Source: an uncultured delta proteobacterium
Lineage (GTDB): Bacteria; Desulfobacterota; RBG-13-43-22
Direction of reading: 5' to 3'
Length of the DNA stretch: 64,000 nucleotides
Assembly: GCA_963711835.1 (NCBI GenBank)
Contig: CAVQFQ010000016.1
Location: 64,001-128,000, forward strand
Positions 51,137-62,107 of this stretch are shown piece after piece. The notes beneath the pieces were generated by a model. That model searched no databases. It was not told the DNA's origin and saw only the letters and a program-made list of their open reading frames with translations. Position 1 is the stretch's first letter, and every line of letters begins with the position of its first letter. Both the position numbers and the translations under genes were made by a program.

Positions 51137-52729
51137 ATGAATCTGCAACGACCCAATTCCAATGATGCCACCAGGACCTTCAACCGGTCCAAGAATGTGG
51201 TGCCTATGAGCGGTATTTGTTCCCGATGCATCGACGGCTGTAGGGGAAACTGTGAGGTTTTTAAGGCCACCTTCCGGGGCCGGGAATTAATCTATCCCGG
51301 GCCTTTCGGCGACATAACCGCCGGAGGCGATAAGGATTATCCGCTGGACTACTCCCACCTGAATATCCACGGCTACGCCTTAGGGGCCAAGGGTCTTCCG
51401 GCCGGGGTGGTTGGTGATCCGGATACGGCCCGGTTTCCGTCTGTCAATACGGAAACCGATTACGGGTGGGAAATCAAGGTTAAAATGGCCCTGCCGATAT
51501 TCACCGGGGCCCTGGGTTCGACCGAGATCGCCCGTAAAAACTGGGAACATTTTGCCGTGGGAGCCGCTATCTCCGGCGTGACCGCTGTCTGCGGTGAGAA
51601 TGTCTGCGGGATTGATCCGGGGCTGGTCTTGGATAAAAACAATAAGATCGTCCTGTCGCCTGATATGGACCGCCGGATTGAAGCCTACCGGCGTTATTAC
51701 CGAGGATTGGGCGAGATCCTGATCCAGATGAACGTCGAGGATACCCGCCTGGGAGTGGCCGAGTATATCATCAACAAGCACCAGATCCAGACCATCGAAC
51801 TGAAATGGGGCCAGGGAGCCAAATGCATCGGGGGCGAGATTAAGGTTAATTCTCTGGAAAGGGCCCTGGAGCTGCAAAAGAGGGGCTATATCGTAACGCC
51901 CGACCCCTCCGATCCGGTCAGCCAGGCCGCTTTTAAAAACGGGGCCATAAAAGAATTTGAACGCCACAGCCGCCTGGGATTTATCGATGAAGAAGGCTTC
52001 TACGCCGAGGTGGAGCGGTTACGAAATCTGGGTTTCAAACGAATTACCCTCAAGACCGGGGCTTACGGACTTCGGGAATTGGCCATGGCCCTGAAATGGG
52101 GATCCAAGGCCAAAATTGATCTCCTGACCATTGACGGCGCCCCGGGTGGAACCGGCATGAGTCCCTGGCGGATGATGGAAGAATGGGGCATGCCTGCCCT
52201 GTATTTACATTCGGCCGCCTATGAATTTGCGGAGCTCTTGACTAAAAAAGGGGAACGGGTCCCTGACCTGGCCTTTGCCGGCGGTTTCAGTTCCGAGGAC
52301 GGGATCTTCAAGGCCCTGGCCTTGGGCGCTCCGTATGTCAAGGCCATCTGCATGGGCCGGGCCCTGATGATCCCGGGCATGGTCGGCAAGAATATTGCGC
52401 AATGGATAAAAAATAAGGACCTGCCCAAGACCGTGAGCGAATTCGGCTCTACGGTGGAAGAAATTTTTATCAATTATGCGGATGTGGCGAATATCGTAGG
52501 CCCGGCGGAGATAAAAAATATCCCTCTGGGGGCGGTCGGTATTTACAGCTACGCCAACAAACTCCAGGTCGGGTTGCAGCAATTAATGGCCGGGGCCCGC
52601 TGCTTCAATCTGGAGGCCATCAGCCGGAAAGACCTCATGGCCTTGACCGAAGAATGCGCCAAGGTGACCGGAATTTCCTATCTCATGGATTCCTACCGGG
52701 AGGAAGCCCTGGCTGTTTTAAACGGCTAA
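51137..52729 (+). CDS. FMN-binding glutamate synthase family protein
   Basis: CSRCIDGCRGNCE, ELKWGQGAKCIGGE, IDGAPGGTGMSP, AFAGG, CMGRA. Confidence 0.9.
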   Translation: MNLQRPNSNDATRTFNRSKNVVPMSGICSRCIDGCRGNCEVFKATFRGRELIYPGPFGDITAGGDKDYPLDYSHLNIHGYALGAKGLPAGVVGDPDTARFPSVNTETDYGWEIKVKMALPIFTGALGSTEIARKNWEHFAVGAAISGVTAVCGENVCGIDPGLVLDKNNKIVLSPDMDRRIEAYRRYYRGLGEILIQMNVEDTRLGVAEYIINKHQIQTIELKWGQGAKCIGGEIKVNSLERALELQKRGYIVTPDPSDPVSQAAFKNGAIKEFERHSRLGFIDEEGFYAEVERLRNLGFKRITLKTGAYGLRELAMALKWGSKAKIDLLTIDGAPGGTGMSPWRMMEEWGMPALYLHSAAYEFAELLTKKGERVPDLAFAGGFSSEDGIFKALALGAPYVKAICMGRALMIPGMVGKNIAQWIKNKDLPKTVSEFGSTVEEIFINYADVANIVGPAEIKNIPLGAVGIYSYANKLQVGLQQLMAGARCFNLEAISRKDLMALTEECAKVTGISYLMDSYREEALAVLNG

Positions 52730-52738
52730 TAACCCTTT

Positions 52739-52786
52739 TTGGCCGGGGTGTTTCCTCCTTGACCAAAGGAAGAACACTCCGGCCAA
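52739..52786. terminator. Hairpin between convergent genes (probable bidirectional terminator)
   Basis: ttggccggggtgttt...gaacactccggccaa. Confidence 0.6.
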
Positions 52787-52789
52787 CCT

Positions 52790-54088
52790 TCATTTAATTT
52801 TTATCCAGAGCAGCCTGGCGATTTCCTCTCCCGAATTTTTCCATTCCAACGGGATCTCCGAACGCAAGATCATCAGATCCCCTTCCTTCAAAGTATAGAT
52901 TCCCTTTTCCAGCTTGACCTGTAATTCCCCCGAGAGCAGGTATCCCATTTCCTCTCCTTTATGGGTGAAGAAGTGGCCGGAAAAGGATTTCCTGGGGTTT
53001 ATTTCCACAAGGAAGGGCTCCACCCTGGATTCCAAATCCACTGGAGTGAGCAGCAAGCCCCGGATACTGTCCTCGGGAAGGCTGGGAAATTTTATTTTTA
53101 CTCCTTCCCTGGCGGGAAAGATGGCCGGTTTGTTTTCGCCGCCCTTCTCTTGAAAAAAGGCGCCGGCTTGCACCGATAATACCTCCGCCATCTTCAATAG
53201 ACCGGGTAAAGAGGGATAGATCATATTGCTTTCAATCTGGGAAATGGTGCTTGGAGTCACTCCGACCAACTGGGCCAGTTCGGTCTGAGACAGCCCCCGC
53301 TTGCCCCGCAGTTCCTTGAGGCGCAATCCGAAATCAAGGCCGCTGGCGGACCGCCTTTCCGTCCCAAAGGTCACGGATCCGTCTTTGACCCAATAATGAA
53401 AGGGTTTCTGGAGATGGTCCAAATTCCGCTTTTCGGCCTTAAGAATGGTCAGGGAAGTGGTTCCCCTCTTAATGGCGAGTTCGACGACCACCTGGGCGAT
53501 CTGGTTGATCTGGGCCCGGAAACGGGGGGAATGGGCCTTTTTTTCCATAATCCAATAGGCCACCGTGTTCAATTCATATAGCCGGGGGCAGGAATGAGAA
53601 TAGAAGTTGAGGACCTGTTCTTCTCCCCCCCAGAGTTCGGCCATGCCGGTTAAGCTCTCAAAGACCAACCGGACATCGCCCTCCATGGCGGCGTGAAGAT
53701 TGTACAGGGTTTCCATGACCTTGTTTACCTGGCGGGGGTCTTTAACTTGGATAAGGGAGGCCGGGGTTCGGGGGCCGATCTCATCATAAAATTTGAGGAA
53801 AACCGTTGAACCGGCCCCTTTCCCAAAGGTAAAGCAGTCCAGGATGGTCAGGGCCGGATAATCCGCCAGGGGGCCTAATTTTTCTATCAGGTTCCTCGGA
53901 GAACGGTCGAAGGTAATATAAATAATCGGCTTGTCCTGGTTTTGGGAGGCCTGAATGAAATTAAGGCAAAAGACCGAGGCCAGGCTGCCGGCATCATCGT
54001 ACCAGACGACATTGTCCCCGATAAAAAGCCCTTCCAGAAAGAGATCCAATTGGCTGAGACCGGAGGTGACTCGTAATCGTTCCGACAT
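52790..54088 (-). CDS. XRE family regulator: RecA/KaiC-like N-terminal domain + HTH + cupin
   Basis: VTSGLSQLDLFLEGLFIGDNV; GLSQTELAQLVGVTPSTISQIE; HKGEEMGYLLSG. Confidence 0.85.
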   Translation of the reverse strand: MSERLRVTSGLSQLDLFLEGLFIGDNVVWYDDAGSLASVFCLNFIQASQNQDKPIIYITFDRSPRNLIEKLGPLADYPALTILDCFTFGKGAGSTVFLKFYDEIGPRTPASLIQVKDPRQVNKVMETLYNLHAAMEGDVRLVFESLTGMAELWGGEEQVLNFYSHSCPRLYELNTVAYWIMEKKAHSPRFRAQINQIAQVVVELAIKRGTTSLTILKAEKRNLDHLQKPFHYWVKDGSVTFGTERRSASGLDFGLRLKELRGKRGLSQTELAQLVGVTPSTISQIESNMIYPSLPGLLKMAEVLSVQAGAFFQEKGGENKPAIFPAREGVKIKFPSLPEDSIRGLLLTPVDLESRVEPFLVEINPRKSFSGHFFTHKGEEMGYLLSGELQVKLEKGIYTLKEGDLMILRSEIPLEWKNSGEEIARLLWIKIK

Positions 54089-54099
54089 GGTTGGGCCTT

Positions 54100-54762
54100 T
54101 CACCTTCCTTGAGGGTTCGTTCCGATGGAGCCCCGGCGCTGCCGCACTATTTCTATTAGGCCGGGCAGGATAGAAATAAAAATGATGGCCAGGATAACGA
54201 AGGTAAAATTTCTTTTGACCAAGGGGATGTTACCGAAAAAGTAGCCCCCAAAAATAAAAACGGCGATCCAGGCGATTCCGCCTATGACATTAAAGGAAAT
54301 GAAGCGGAAGTAGGTCATTTGCCCGATCCCGGCTACAAAAGGAGCGAAGGTTCGAATGATAGGGATAAAACGGGCAATAATGATGGTCTTGCCGCCGTGT
54401 TTTTCATAAAAAGCATGGGTTCGATCCAGGTACTCCTTCTTAAAAAATCGAACCTTCTCCCGGTGAAAAATTTTCGGCCCGACCAAATTCCCCGCCCAGT
54501 AATTAACCGTATCCCCGGCTACGGCAGCCAGGCTTAACAAGAGAAATAACCAGAGGGGCTCCAAGGCCCCGGTTGCGGCAAAAGCCCCGGCGGCAAAGAG
54601 CAAGGAATCCCCGGGCAGGATCGGCGTGATCACCAGACCTGTTTCGAAAAAAATGATCAGGAAGAGCAGCAGGTAGGTCCAGAGGCCAAAGTCCCGAAGA
54701 AACCCATTCAGATGCTGATCAAGGTGTAAGATGAGATCCAGTCCGTAGGTTATCCATTCCAT
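54100..54762 (-). CDS. dedA: DedA family membrane protein
   Basis: FFETGLV..LPGDSLLFAAG, ARFIPIIRTFAPFVAG. Confidence 0.93.
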   Translation of the reverse strand: MEWITYGLDLILHLDQHLNGFLRDFGLWTYLLLFLIIFFETGLVITPILPGDSLLFAAGAFAATGALEPLWLFLLLSLAAVAGDTVNYWAGNLVGPKIFHREKVRFFKKEYLDRTHAFYEKHGGKTIIIARFIPIIRTFAPFVAGIGQMTYFRFISFNVIGGIAWIAVFIFGGYFFGNIPLVKRNFTFVILAIIFISILPGLIEIVRQRRGSIGTNPQGR

Positions 54763-54973
54763 GGTGTTCAGGCCATCCCTTTCCCTTGCTCTTCTTCAAC
54801 GGCTATTGAGGTACCTTTTCCTTCCGGCTTCAGGAAAGGCTTTGATTATCTATATCATATTTTAGGGAGGACCTTCAAGCGAAGGTGAATATCCATGGAG
54901 AACCGGAAAAAGACCGCGGCAAAGGGGGACTTTTCGAAATGGGATTCAGGAAGAGAATGCTTGCCCGATTCCT

Positions 54974-55032
54974 AAAATAAAAAAAGGAAGGTACAACGGA
55001 ATTTCCCCTGAAGAGGGGAATTCCCTCCTTCC
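54974..55032 (-). terminator. Intrinsic terminator downstream of the histone-like gene
   Basis: ggaatttcccct-gaag-aggggaattcc hairpin with a T tract on the minus strand. Confidence 0.55.
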
Positions 55033-55086
55033 CTTGGTGAAGGTTGGTTGACTTTTAAACGGCCTTACAGAACAACAACCAGTGGG

Positions 55087-55293
55087 CTACTTCTTCTTAG
55101 CCGGGGCCTTCTTGGCTGGTGCCTTTTTGGCCGCAGGTTTTGCAGCGGCTTTTTTAGCCGGGGCCTTCTTGGCCGGAGCTTTTTTAGCCGTTGCCTTCTT
55201 GCTTGGGCTCTTTACGGTTTTGGCGGCCTTCTTAGGGGCGGCCTTCACCGTCTTTTTCTTTGCCGGAGCCTTTGCTTTTTTGGTTGCTGCCAT
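55087..55293 (-). CDS. Histone H1-like Lys/Ala/Pro-rich nucleoid protein
   Basis: PAKKA repeats; AAGGAGG RBS; TTGACA-N17-TAAATT at 55331-55359. Confidence 0.85.
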   Translation of the reverse strand: MAATKKAKAPAKKKTVKAAPKKAAKTVKSPSKKATAKKAPAKKAPAKKAAAKPAAKKAPAKKAPAKKK

Positions 55294-55541
55294 TTTTTGT
55301 CCTCCTTTCCCATATATAGTATTTGATGCAAATTTATAGTACTATATATGGTATGTCAAGAAAAAAATACATTTTTTTATAAAAATTTTTATTTTTATTG
55401 AAAATTTCTTTCCGGAAGATTTTTTTCCAGATCAGGGGTCGCATTTATTCTTCCTTTTATCTCTTTAGAGGTTAAAAGGCCGTCTTTTATTCCATTAAAA
55501 AAAATCAGGATCGGAGACGCTAACCACTGCGGAAACCCTAT

Positions 55542-56573
55542 TCAACGTCCAACCGCTTCGGGCATCAAGCCCAGGCCATCCAAAGGCATGCGGCACTTAG
55601 GACAGGCCCCCTGATCGAGGTTGTTTTTTAAAATACTAAATCCATAGCGATCCAAGAGGAGATGACCGCACTGGTGGCAATAGGTTTTTTCCCCACGATC
55701 CCCTGGAACATTGCCGGTATAAACGTAGCGCAATCCGGCTTCTTTCCCGGCCTCCCAGGCCCGCTGTAAGGTCGTGACCGGCGTAATCGTCAGGTCGGTC
55801 AAACGATAGGTGGGATGAAAACGACTGATGTGCCAGGGCGTCTCCGGTCCCAGTTCCTGCGCCAGGAAACGGGCCAATTCTTTCAGTTCATCCAAAGAAT
55901 CGTTCAAGGTGGGGATGATGAGGGTGGTTACCTCGACCCAGATCCCCAGCTTCTTCATCAGACGCAGGCTATCCAGAACAGGCGCCAGCTTGGCCCCGCA
56001 CTGGGTTTTATAAAACTTTTCGCGGAAGGCCTTCAGATCCACGTTGGCGGCCTGGAGGTGGGGTTGGATGGCTTCCAAGGCTTGGGAGGTCATATAGCCG
56101 TTGGAGACAAAAACATTTTTTAAGCCCCGGGCATGGGCTAAAAGGGCTATGTCCTGGGCATACTCAAAAAAAATCGTCGGTTCGGTATAGGTATAGGAAA
56201 TGGATCGGCACCCCGAACTCAAGGCAGCGGCAACGATTTCTTCCGGAGAGACCTCCTCTCCCCGAATGGTTTTTTGGTCGCGTGGTTGGGAGATGTCGGC
56301 ATTCTGGCAAAAAAGACAGCGGAAATTGCAGCCGGCGGTGGCCAGGGAAAAAGACCGGGAGCCGGGCAGAAAATGGAAAAGCGGCTTTTTTTCAATGGGG
56401 TCCACATGGTGGGCAATGGGTTTGCCGTAGACCAGGGAATAGAGGACCCCGCCTTGGTTTTCCCGGACCCAACAGATCCCGCGCTGTCCCTCCTTAATCA
56501 GGCAATGATGGCTGCACAAAAAACAGTGGACCTTTTGATCCTTTTCTTTTTCATAAAAACGCGCTTCGATCAT
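55542..56573 (-). CDS. amrS: AmmeMemoRadiSam system radical SAM enzyme
   Basis: CFLCSHHC, DPIEKKPLFHF, GCNFRCLFCQN, YTYTEPT, YVYTGNV. Confidence 0.92.
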   Translation of the reverse strand: MIEARFYEKEKDQKVHCFLCSHHCLIKEGQRGICWVRENQGGVLYSLVYGKPIAHHVDPIEKKPLFHFLPGSRSFSLATAGCNFRCLFCQNADISQPRDQKTIRGEEVSPEEIVAAALSSGCRSISYTYTEPTIFFEYAQDIALLAHARGLKNVFVSNGYMTSQALEAIQPHLQAANVDLKAFREKFYKTQCGAKLAPVLDSLRLMKKLGIWVEVTTLIIPTLNDSLDELKELARFLAQELGPETPWHISRFHPTYRLTDLTITPVTTLQRAWEAGKEAGLRYVYTGNVPGDRGEKTYCHQCGHLLLDRYGFSILKNNLDQGACPKCRMPLDGLGLMPEAVGR

Positions 56574-56644
56574 GGCTCTCTCCGGTCATCTATTTTCGGG
56601 ATCAAGACCCCAGGTTACTAATCAGGTCATGGTGGAACAACCGC

Positions 56645-58324
56645 CTATTTTTTATTCCCGAAGTCTTCTTTAAAAACGGCCCCGGTGCTGCCGGAGGTGA
56701 CCAACTGGGCATAGCGGTAAGCGTACCCGGACTTAATTTTAGGCGCCGGAGGACGCCAGGCCTTCCGGCGTTCCCGGAGGGTTTTTTCAGGGACTCGAAG
56801 GGAAAGTTTCTTGCCCGGGATATCGATCTCGATAAGATCCCCTTCCCTGACCAGGGCAATAGGTCCCCCGGCCGCCGCCTCAGGGGAAACATGTCCGATG
56901 GCCGCCCCCTGGGTTCCTCCGCTAAACCGGCCGTCGGTGATGAGGGCCACCTCCCCGCCCAGGCCCATTCCGATAATAGCTGAGGTGGGAGAAAGCATCT
57001 CCTGCATTCCGGGGCCTCCTTTGGGTCCTTCATAACGGATGACCACCACATCTCCCGGTCTGATCTTCTTCCCCAAGATGGCTTTTTGGGCCTCCTGCTC
57101 GGAATTATAGACCCGGGCCGGGCCTTGATGGACCATCATTTCCGAAGCCACCGCCGATTGTTTGACCACCGAACCTTCCGGAGCCAGGTTTCCATACAAG
57201 ACGGCGATACCCCCCTCGGCATGGTAAGGAGAGGTGACCGGTCGAATAACCTCGGGGTTCCGAACGGCCCGGCCTTTAAGATTTTGTTCCAGAGAAGATC
57301 CGGTTACGGTCAGGACCCGGGTATCAAGGGCTTTAATCTTGGTCAACTCCGCCATAAGCGCCGGAATACCGCCGGCCTCGTCCAGGTCCTGGAGACTGTG
57401 GGGGCCGGCCGGAATCAAATTGCAGAGATGGGGCGTTTTTTTGCTGATCTGATTAAATAAGACCAGGGGCAAAGCCAAGCGGGCCTCGTGGGCCATGGCC
57501 GGAACATGAAGAACGGTATTGGTAGAACAGCCTAAGGCCATATCGACCGCAATGGCATTGCGAAAAGCGGCTTTGGTGGCGATATCCCGGGGGCGGATAT
57601 TTTTGGCCAGCAGTTCCATGACCTTGACCCCGGCCTGCTTGGCCAAACGGATCCGGGCCGCGGCTACAGCGGGAATGGTTCCGTTACCGGGCAACCCCAG
57701 TCCAATGGCCTCGGTCAGACAATTCATGGAATTGGCGGTAAACATGCCGGCGCAGGAGCCGCAGCCCGGGCAGGCCTCCTCTTCCAAATCCAGAAGGTCC
57801 CGGGCTTTCATTTTCCCGGCTTTGACCTGACCGACGCCTTCAAAGACGCTGATCAGATGGACATTCTTTCCTTGCCAGCGTCCGGTCAGCATAGGCCCCC
57901 CACTGACCATCAAGGCCGGGATATTCAAGCGCAGCATAGCCATCAGCATGCCGGGGATGATTTTGTCGCAGTTGGGGATCAGGACCAGGGCATCAAACGG
58001 ATGAGCCCGGGCCATTACTTCTACGGAATCGGCAATCAGCTCCCGGCTGGCCAACGAATATTTCATGCCCTCGTGGTTCATGGCCAGGCCGTCGCAGACC
58101 CCAATAGTGGAGAATTCGATGGGGGTCCCACCGGCCATACGGACGCCGTCCTTGACGGCCTGGGAAATCCGGTCGAGATGGATATGGCCCGGGATGATCT
58201 CATTGGCCGAATTGGCGATGCCGATCAAAGGACGGGCAATCTCCTCAGAAGTATACCCCATGGCTTTGAGCAGGGATCGATGGGGGCTTTTTTCTATTCC
58301 TTTTTTCATTACATCACTTCGCAT
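56645..58324 (-). CDS. ilvD: Dihydroxy-acid dehydratase
   Basis: [49 protein letters not shown]. Confidence 0.97.
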   Translation of the reverse strand: MRSDVMKKGIEKSPHRSLLKAMGYTSEEIARPLIGIANSANEIIPGHIHLDRISQAVKDGVRMAGGTPIEFSTIGVCDGLAMNHEGMKYSLASRELIADSVEVMARAHPFDALVLIPNCDKIIPGMLMAMLRLNIPALMVSGGPMLTGRWQGKNVHLISVFEGVGQVKAGKMKARDLLDLEEEACPGCGSCAGMFTANSMNCLTEAIGLGLPGNGTIPAVAAARIRLAKQAGVKVMELLAKNIRPRDIATKAAFRNAIAVDMALGCSTNTVLHVPAMAHEARLALPLVLFNQISKKTPHLCNLIPAGPHSLQDLDEAGGIPALMAELTKIKALDTRVLTVTGSSLEQNLKGRAVRNPEVIRPVTSPYHAEGGIAVLYGNLAPEGSVVKQSAVASEMMVHQGPARVYNSEQEAQKAILGKKIRPGDVVVIRYEGPKGGPGMQEMLSPTSAIIGMGLGGEVALITDGRFSGGTQGAAIGHVSPEAAAGGPIALVREGDLIEIDIPGKKLSLRVPEKTLRERRKAWRPPAPKIKSGYAYRYAQLVTSGSTGAVFKEDFGNKK

Positions 58325-58398
58325 GCCTGGCTCCTTTTTTTATTCGGATGGTAAAAAATGGCCCTTATTCTGGATTCTGATCAGCGGGTGTTGTTCTT

Positions 58399-59427
58399 TT
58401 ATTTTTCGCTTAAGGTCTGATCGAGTATTTCGATTTTGGCCTTTTTCCGAAGATCATTTACATAGGCCCCAACCGCCTCGTTGGTCTTTTTGTTTTTGAT
58501 TTCCCGTTCCAATGATCCGCGCACCTCTGACAGAGGCGTGACCCCGGCCGGCTTTTTCCCGTAAACCTGGATCAGATGAAAACCGAACTGGGTTTCCACA
58601 ATCTCGCTGACTTCCCCTTCTTTGAGGGAAAAAGCGACCTTCTCAAACTCAGGGACCATCCGGCCTTTGGCAAAATAGCCCAAATCCCCCCCCCGTGCCT
58701 TGCTCGGGCAATCCGACTGGGTTTTAGCCGCTTCAGCGAAATCCTTGCCGGCCAGGATTTCCTGGCGGATGGAAGCTATCTTTTCTTTGGCCGTTTTCTT
58801 CTGATCATCGCCGGCCTCTTTGGGAATCCGGATCAGAATGTGACGAGCCCCCACCTGATCCCCATGCTTAAACCGGTCCGGGGTGGCCTGGTAAGCAGCC
58901 TGGATCTCCTCCTCGCTGACTTTGATGGAAGGAATTACCTTTTTATTGATATTGGCCTGAAGGACAAAGTTCTTTTTGATATTCTCCCGGGCCAGGCGAC
59001 GATCCAGGCCTTCTTTCTCCAATTGGGCCTCAAACTGCTCTTTAGAGCCAGCCTGCTTTTCAGCCATGGCTAGCATGGAATCTACCTGTTGTTCAACGTC
59101 GGTTAACCCCAGATCCCGGCTGTCCTGATAAAGCAGTTCGACCGCCAGGTATTGATCAAAGGCCTTCCGGCGCAGGACATTGGCCGGCTCGGCAGCGATG
59201 CTTTTCTCCCCGAAATGCCGCCGCATTTCGCGGATCATCATCGCCAGGTCTTTTTCATAAATTTTGGTCCCGTTTACCAGGGCTACCGGATTTTCAACCT
59301 TCCCGGCCCCGGTCGCTTCAGTGGGGGATCCGCTTGAAAGTTGAGACCGGCCTTCCGGAGGAAAAAGAATCAGAGTGCTTAAACCCAAGAGGGCAAACAA
59401 GACCGGGCTCAGGTGCTTCCGCTTCAT
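58399..59427 (-). CDS. PpiC/SurA-type peptidylprolyl isomerase
   Basis: Signal peptide, VALVNG, ARHILI, SDCPSKARGGDLGYF, ETQFGFHLI. Confidence 0.92.
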   Translation of the reverse strand: MKRKHLSPVLFALLGLSTLILFPPEGRSQLSSGSPTEATGAGKVENPVALVNGTKIYEKDLAMMIREMRRHFGEKSIAAEPANVLRRKAFDQYLAVELLYQDSRDLGLTDVEQQVDSMLAMAEKQAGSKEQFEAQLEKEGLDRRLARENIKKNFVLQANINKKVIPSIKVSEEEIQAAYQATPDRFKHGDQVGARHILIRIPKEAGDDQKKTAKEKIASIRQEILAGKDFAEAAKTQSDCPSKARGGDLGYFAKGRMVPEFEKVAFSLKEGEVSEIVETQFGFHLIQVYGKKPAGVTPLSEVRGSLEREIKNKKTNEAVGAYVNDLRKKAKIEILDQTLSEK

Positions 59428-59570
59428 ATAAAAACCTCCTGCAAATAGATAATTTTTTCCTCCCGGCGGATGAAGCATCCTCCTCTGACCCAAGAAGAAA
59501 TTGTGATTGTTATTATAGGGTGGACTCGTCAAAAGTCAAGCTGCCCGGAACCGGGGGAGTACTTTCAGCC

Positions 59571-59599
59571 TTGACAGCATGGTCGGGCTTTTTTAGAAT
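59571..59599 (+). promoter_or_regulatory. Sigma70 promoter
   Basis: TTGACA-N17-TAGAAT upstream of the acyl-CoA ligase. Confidence 0.6.
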
Positions 59600-59670
59600 G
59601 GCCTCCCAATTCAAAAATCAGACATCCCGGTTTCCCCTGAAATCGAATGCTCATCCTGAAAGGTCAATCC

Positions 59671-61764
59671 ATGCACTTTTTCTTTGAACCCCGGGGAGTG
59701 GCGGTGGTAGGAGCCTCTCCCGAACCCCAAAAGGGAGGCAGTAATCTGATACAAAATCTTATATTAGGCTATCAGGGCGCCGTCTATCCCGTTAACCCCA
59801 AATATAACGAGATCTACGATCGCCCCTGCTACCGGTCGGTCTCGGAAATACCGGATCCCTTTGATCTGGCTATTGTCTTTATCCCGGCCCCGGGTGTGCC
59901 CGAGATCCTGCGCCAGTGTGCGGCTAAAAAGGTTAAGGGTGTTATTATCGAATCCGGCGGCTTTGCCGAAGTAGGGCCGGAAGGAAAGGCCCTCCAGGAG
60001 GAATGCCTGGCCATTGCCCGAAAGGGAGGCCTGCGCCTCTGGGGGCCCAATTGCATGGGGTATATGGACACACGGAAGCGGCATGTCTTTTCCTTTATCA
60101 CGCCCGATGCCTGGCAAAACATCCTGAATCCCGGAGGTGTTTCTCTGATTGTCCAAAGCGGATTATTGTCCGGGGGATTTGTCACGACCCTTATGGACAA
60201 CAAGATCCTGTCCCTCTCGAAGGTCTGCTCCATAGGCAATAAATGCGACGTAGAGGAGACGGAGATCCTCGCCTATCTGCTTAACGATCCGGCTACCAAG
60301 GTGATCGGCCTCTACCTGGAATCCTTTCCCAAAGGCCGTCGTTTTTTCGAATTGGCCCGGGAGGCCCAAAAACCCATCGTGGTCCTTAAAGGAGGGAAAA
60401 GTCCTTCGGGGGCCAAGGCCGCATCCAGTCACACCGGATCCCTGGCCGGGAATTTCGAAATCATCCGGGGGGCACTGGACCAGGCCGGCGTCATTCAGGT
60501 CGATGATTTCTTTGAACTGGCGGATATGGCCCGGACCCTGGACAAGGATTTTCTTCTTCCCCGGCTCCGGAATAGAAAACCCCGCCTGGCTATCTTGAGT
60601 TATAGCGGGGCGGCCAATATCGTCACCACCGATCATCTCGAGAGATACGAGATGACCCTGGCCGTCTTATCCCCTCAAACCCAAACCCGCCTGGAAGCCT
60701 TATCGCCTTCCTGGATGCCGGTAAACAACCCGGTGGATTTTTGGCCGGCCGTGGAGAAAAGCGGCCCGGTATTGGCCTATCAGGAAGGTCTGGCCGCCCT
60801 TCATGAAGACCCGGAAATAGATGGGATTATCGTCCACATGTTTGCCGGTTTCGGGGTCTGGTTCCTGAACATGAAGGAAATCATGTCGTCCATTAAGGGC
60901 CCCCGCAAGCCCATCCTATTCTGGGTCATAGGGCATGAAAAGGGTTTCCAGGCTACCCGGCTGGCACTGGAGGCGGACGGCTGGCCCGTCTTTACTGAGA
61001 TTTCACGGGTAGCCAGGGTCATGGCCGGCCTTTTTGAGCAGGCCCCCCGGACCACGGCTCTTCCCGCGAAGTCAGCCGAGAAGAAGCCTGAGGCCCTTCT
61101 TAAAAAAATTCAGACCTACCAGGACCAGGGGCTTTCGGTTCTGGACGAATTTCAGGCCAAGGACTGCCTAAGGGCCGCCGGTCTTCCGGTAGTAGAAGAG
61201 AGATGCCTCACCGGTCTTGAAGGGATAATGGCCGCTGCCCAAGAACTGGGGTATCCGGTCGTGCTGAAGGGACTGAGGCCCGGCAAGATCCATAAAACCG
61301 AAGCCGGATGGGTCAAATTGAATCTTCACCATCCCGACCAAGTTCAAAGGGCCTTTCAGGAAATAGCCGGCGGAGAAATTAAACCGGATGCCTATATCGT
61401 GCAGCCCATGCTGAAAGGGGAGCTGGAATTGATCGCCGGGATTCTTCGCGATCCCCAGTTCGGACCGGCGGTCATGCTGGGTTTGGGTGGGGTGAGGGCC
61501 GAGGTCTATAAGGATGTGGTTTTCCGCCTGGCTCCCCTGAACCGGGAAGATGTCATCCGGATGGTCTCGAAACTGAAAGGCCAGGCCTTGCTGAAGGGCT
61601 TTCGCGGCTCCAGGCCGGTGGATCCGGATCTTCTGGCCCAATGGCTGATCGGATTGGGGGATCTTTCTCTGACTGTTGAGAACATCCGGGAAATCGATGT
61701 CAATCCTCTTTTGATCGTCGAAGGAAGACCGGTGGCGGTGGATGCCACCATTATCCTTGAATAA
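59671..61764 (+). CDS. Acetate--CoA ligase (ADP-forming) family protein
   Basis: VAVVGAS, GPNCMG, SHTGSLAG, NPVD, HKTE, DVNPL. Confidence 0.92.
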   Translation: MHFFFEPRGVAVVGASPEPQKGGSNLIQNLILGYQGAVYPVNPKYNEIYDRPCYRSVSEIPDPFDLAIVFIPAPGVPEILRQCAAKKVKGVIIESGGFAEVGPEGKALQEECLAIARKGGLRLWGPNCMGYMDTRKRHVFSFITPDAWQNILNPGGVSLIVQSGLLSGGFVTTLMDNKILSLSKVCSIGNKCDVEETEILAYLLNDPATKVIGLYLESFPKGRRFFELAREAQKPIVVLKGGKSPSGAKAASSHTGSLAGNFEIIRGALDQAGVIQVDDFFELADMARTLDKDFLLPRLRNRKPRLAILSYSGAANIVTTDHLERYEMTLAVLSPQTQTRLEALSPSWMPVNNPVDFWPAVEKSGPVLAYQEGLAALHEDPEIDGIIVHMFAGFGVWFLNMKEIMSSIKGPRKPILFWVIGHEKGFQATRLALEADGWPVFTEISRVARVMAGLFEQAPRTTALPAKSAEKKPEALLKKIQTYQDQGLSVLDEFQAKDCLRAAGLPVVEERCLTGLEGIMAAAQELGYPVVLKGLRPGKIHKTEAGWVKLNLHHPDQVQRAFQEIAGGEIKPDAYIVQPMLKGELELIAGILRDPQFGPAVMLGLGGVRAEVYKDVVFRLAPLNREDVIRMVSKLKGQALLKGFRGSRPVDPDLLAQWLIGLGDLSLTVENIREIDVNPLLIVEGRPVAVDATIILE

Positions 61765-62107
61765 CCTCTTTTCCCCCCTTCCTCCGCCTCAATCGGCGGC
61801 TTTTCTGTTTGCGAATTTTTTCGGCCTGCTCCAGATGGGCTTTCCCTCCCTCTCTGAAAGCTTCAATCTTTTCAGCCAGAAGCCGCCAGGCCAGAAAACG
61901 GTTCAGGGTCTGGGAACGTTCCCTTTGTATTTTTACTTCAAGGCCCGTAGGAAGGTGCTTTAGATAGACGGCTGTTGAGGTTTTGTTGACTTTTTGACCC
62001 CCCGGGCCCCGGCTTCGAACAAACCGCTCCACGACCTCTTCCCGGCGGATTCCCAGCCTTACGAGGGCTTCTTCAAGGCCTTTTTGTTTTTCAGGGCGGA
62101 TAGACAT
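61751..62107 (-). CDS. Peptide chain release factor-like protein (ArfB/YaeJ-type ribosome rescue)
   Basis: RSRGPGGQKVNKT, RSQTLNR, basic C-terminal tail. Confidence 0.85.
   Translation of the reverse strand: MSIRPEKQKGLEEALVRLGIRREEVVERFVRSRGPGGQKVNKTSTAVYLKHLPTGLEVKIQRERSQTLNRFLAWRLLAEKIEAFREGGKAHLEQAEKIRKQKSRRLRRRKGGKEVIQG

Noticed and set aside
55082-55339. Hydrophobic repetitive + strand ORF (AGAFL repeats)
   Set aside because: Antisense of the PAKKA histone-like gene, which has the RBS, promoter and terminator.
55542-56573. AmmeMemoRadiSam system as a complete locus
   Set aside because: Only the radical SAM gene is here; the AMMECR1 and Memo partners are often unlinked, so this is unremarkable.
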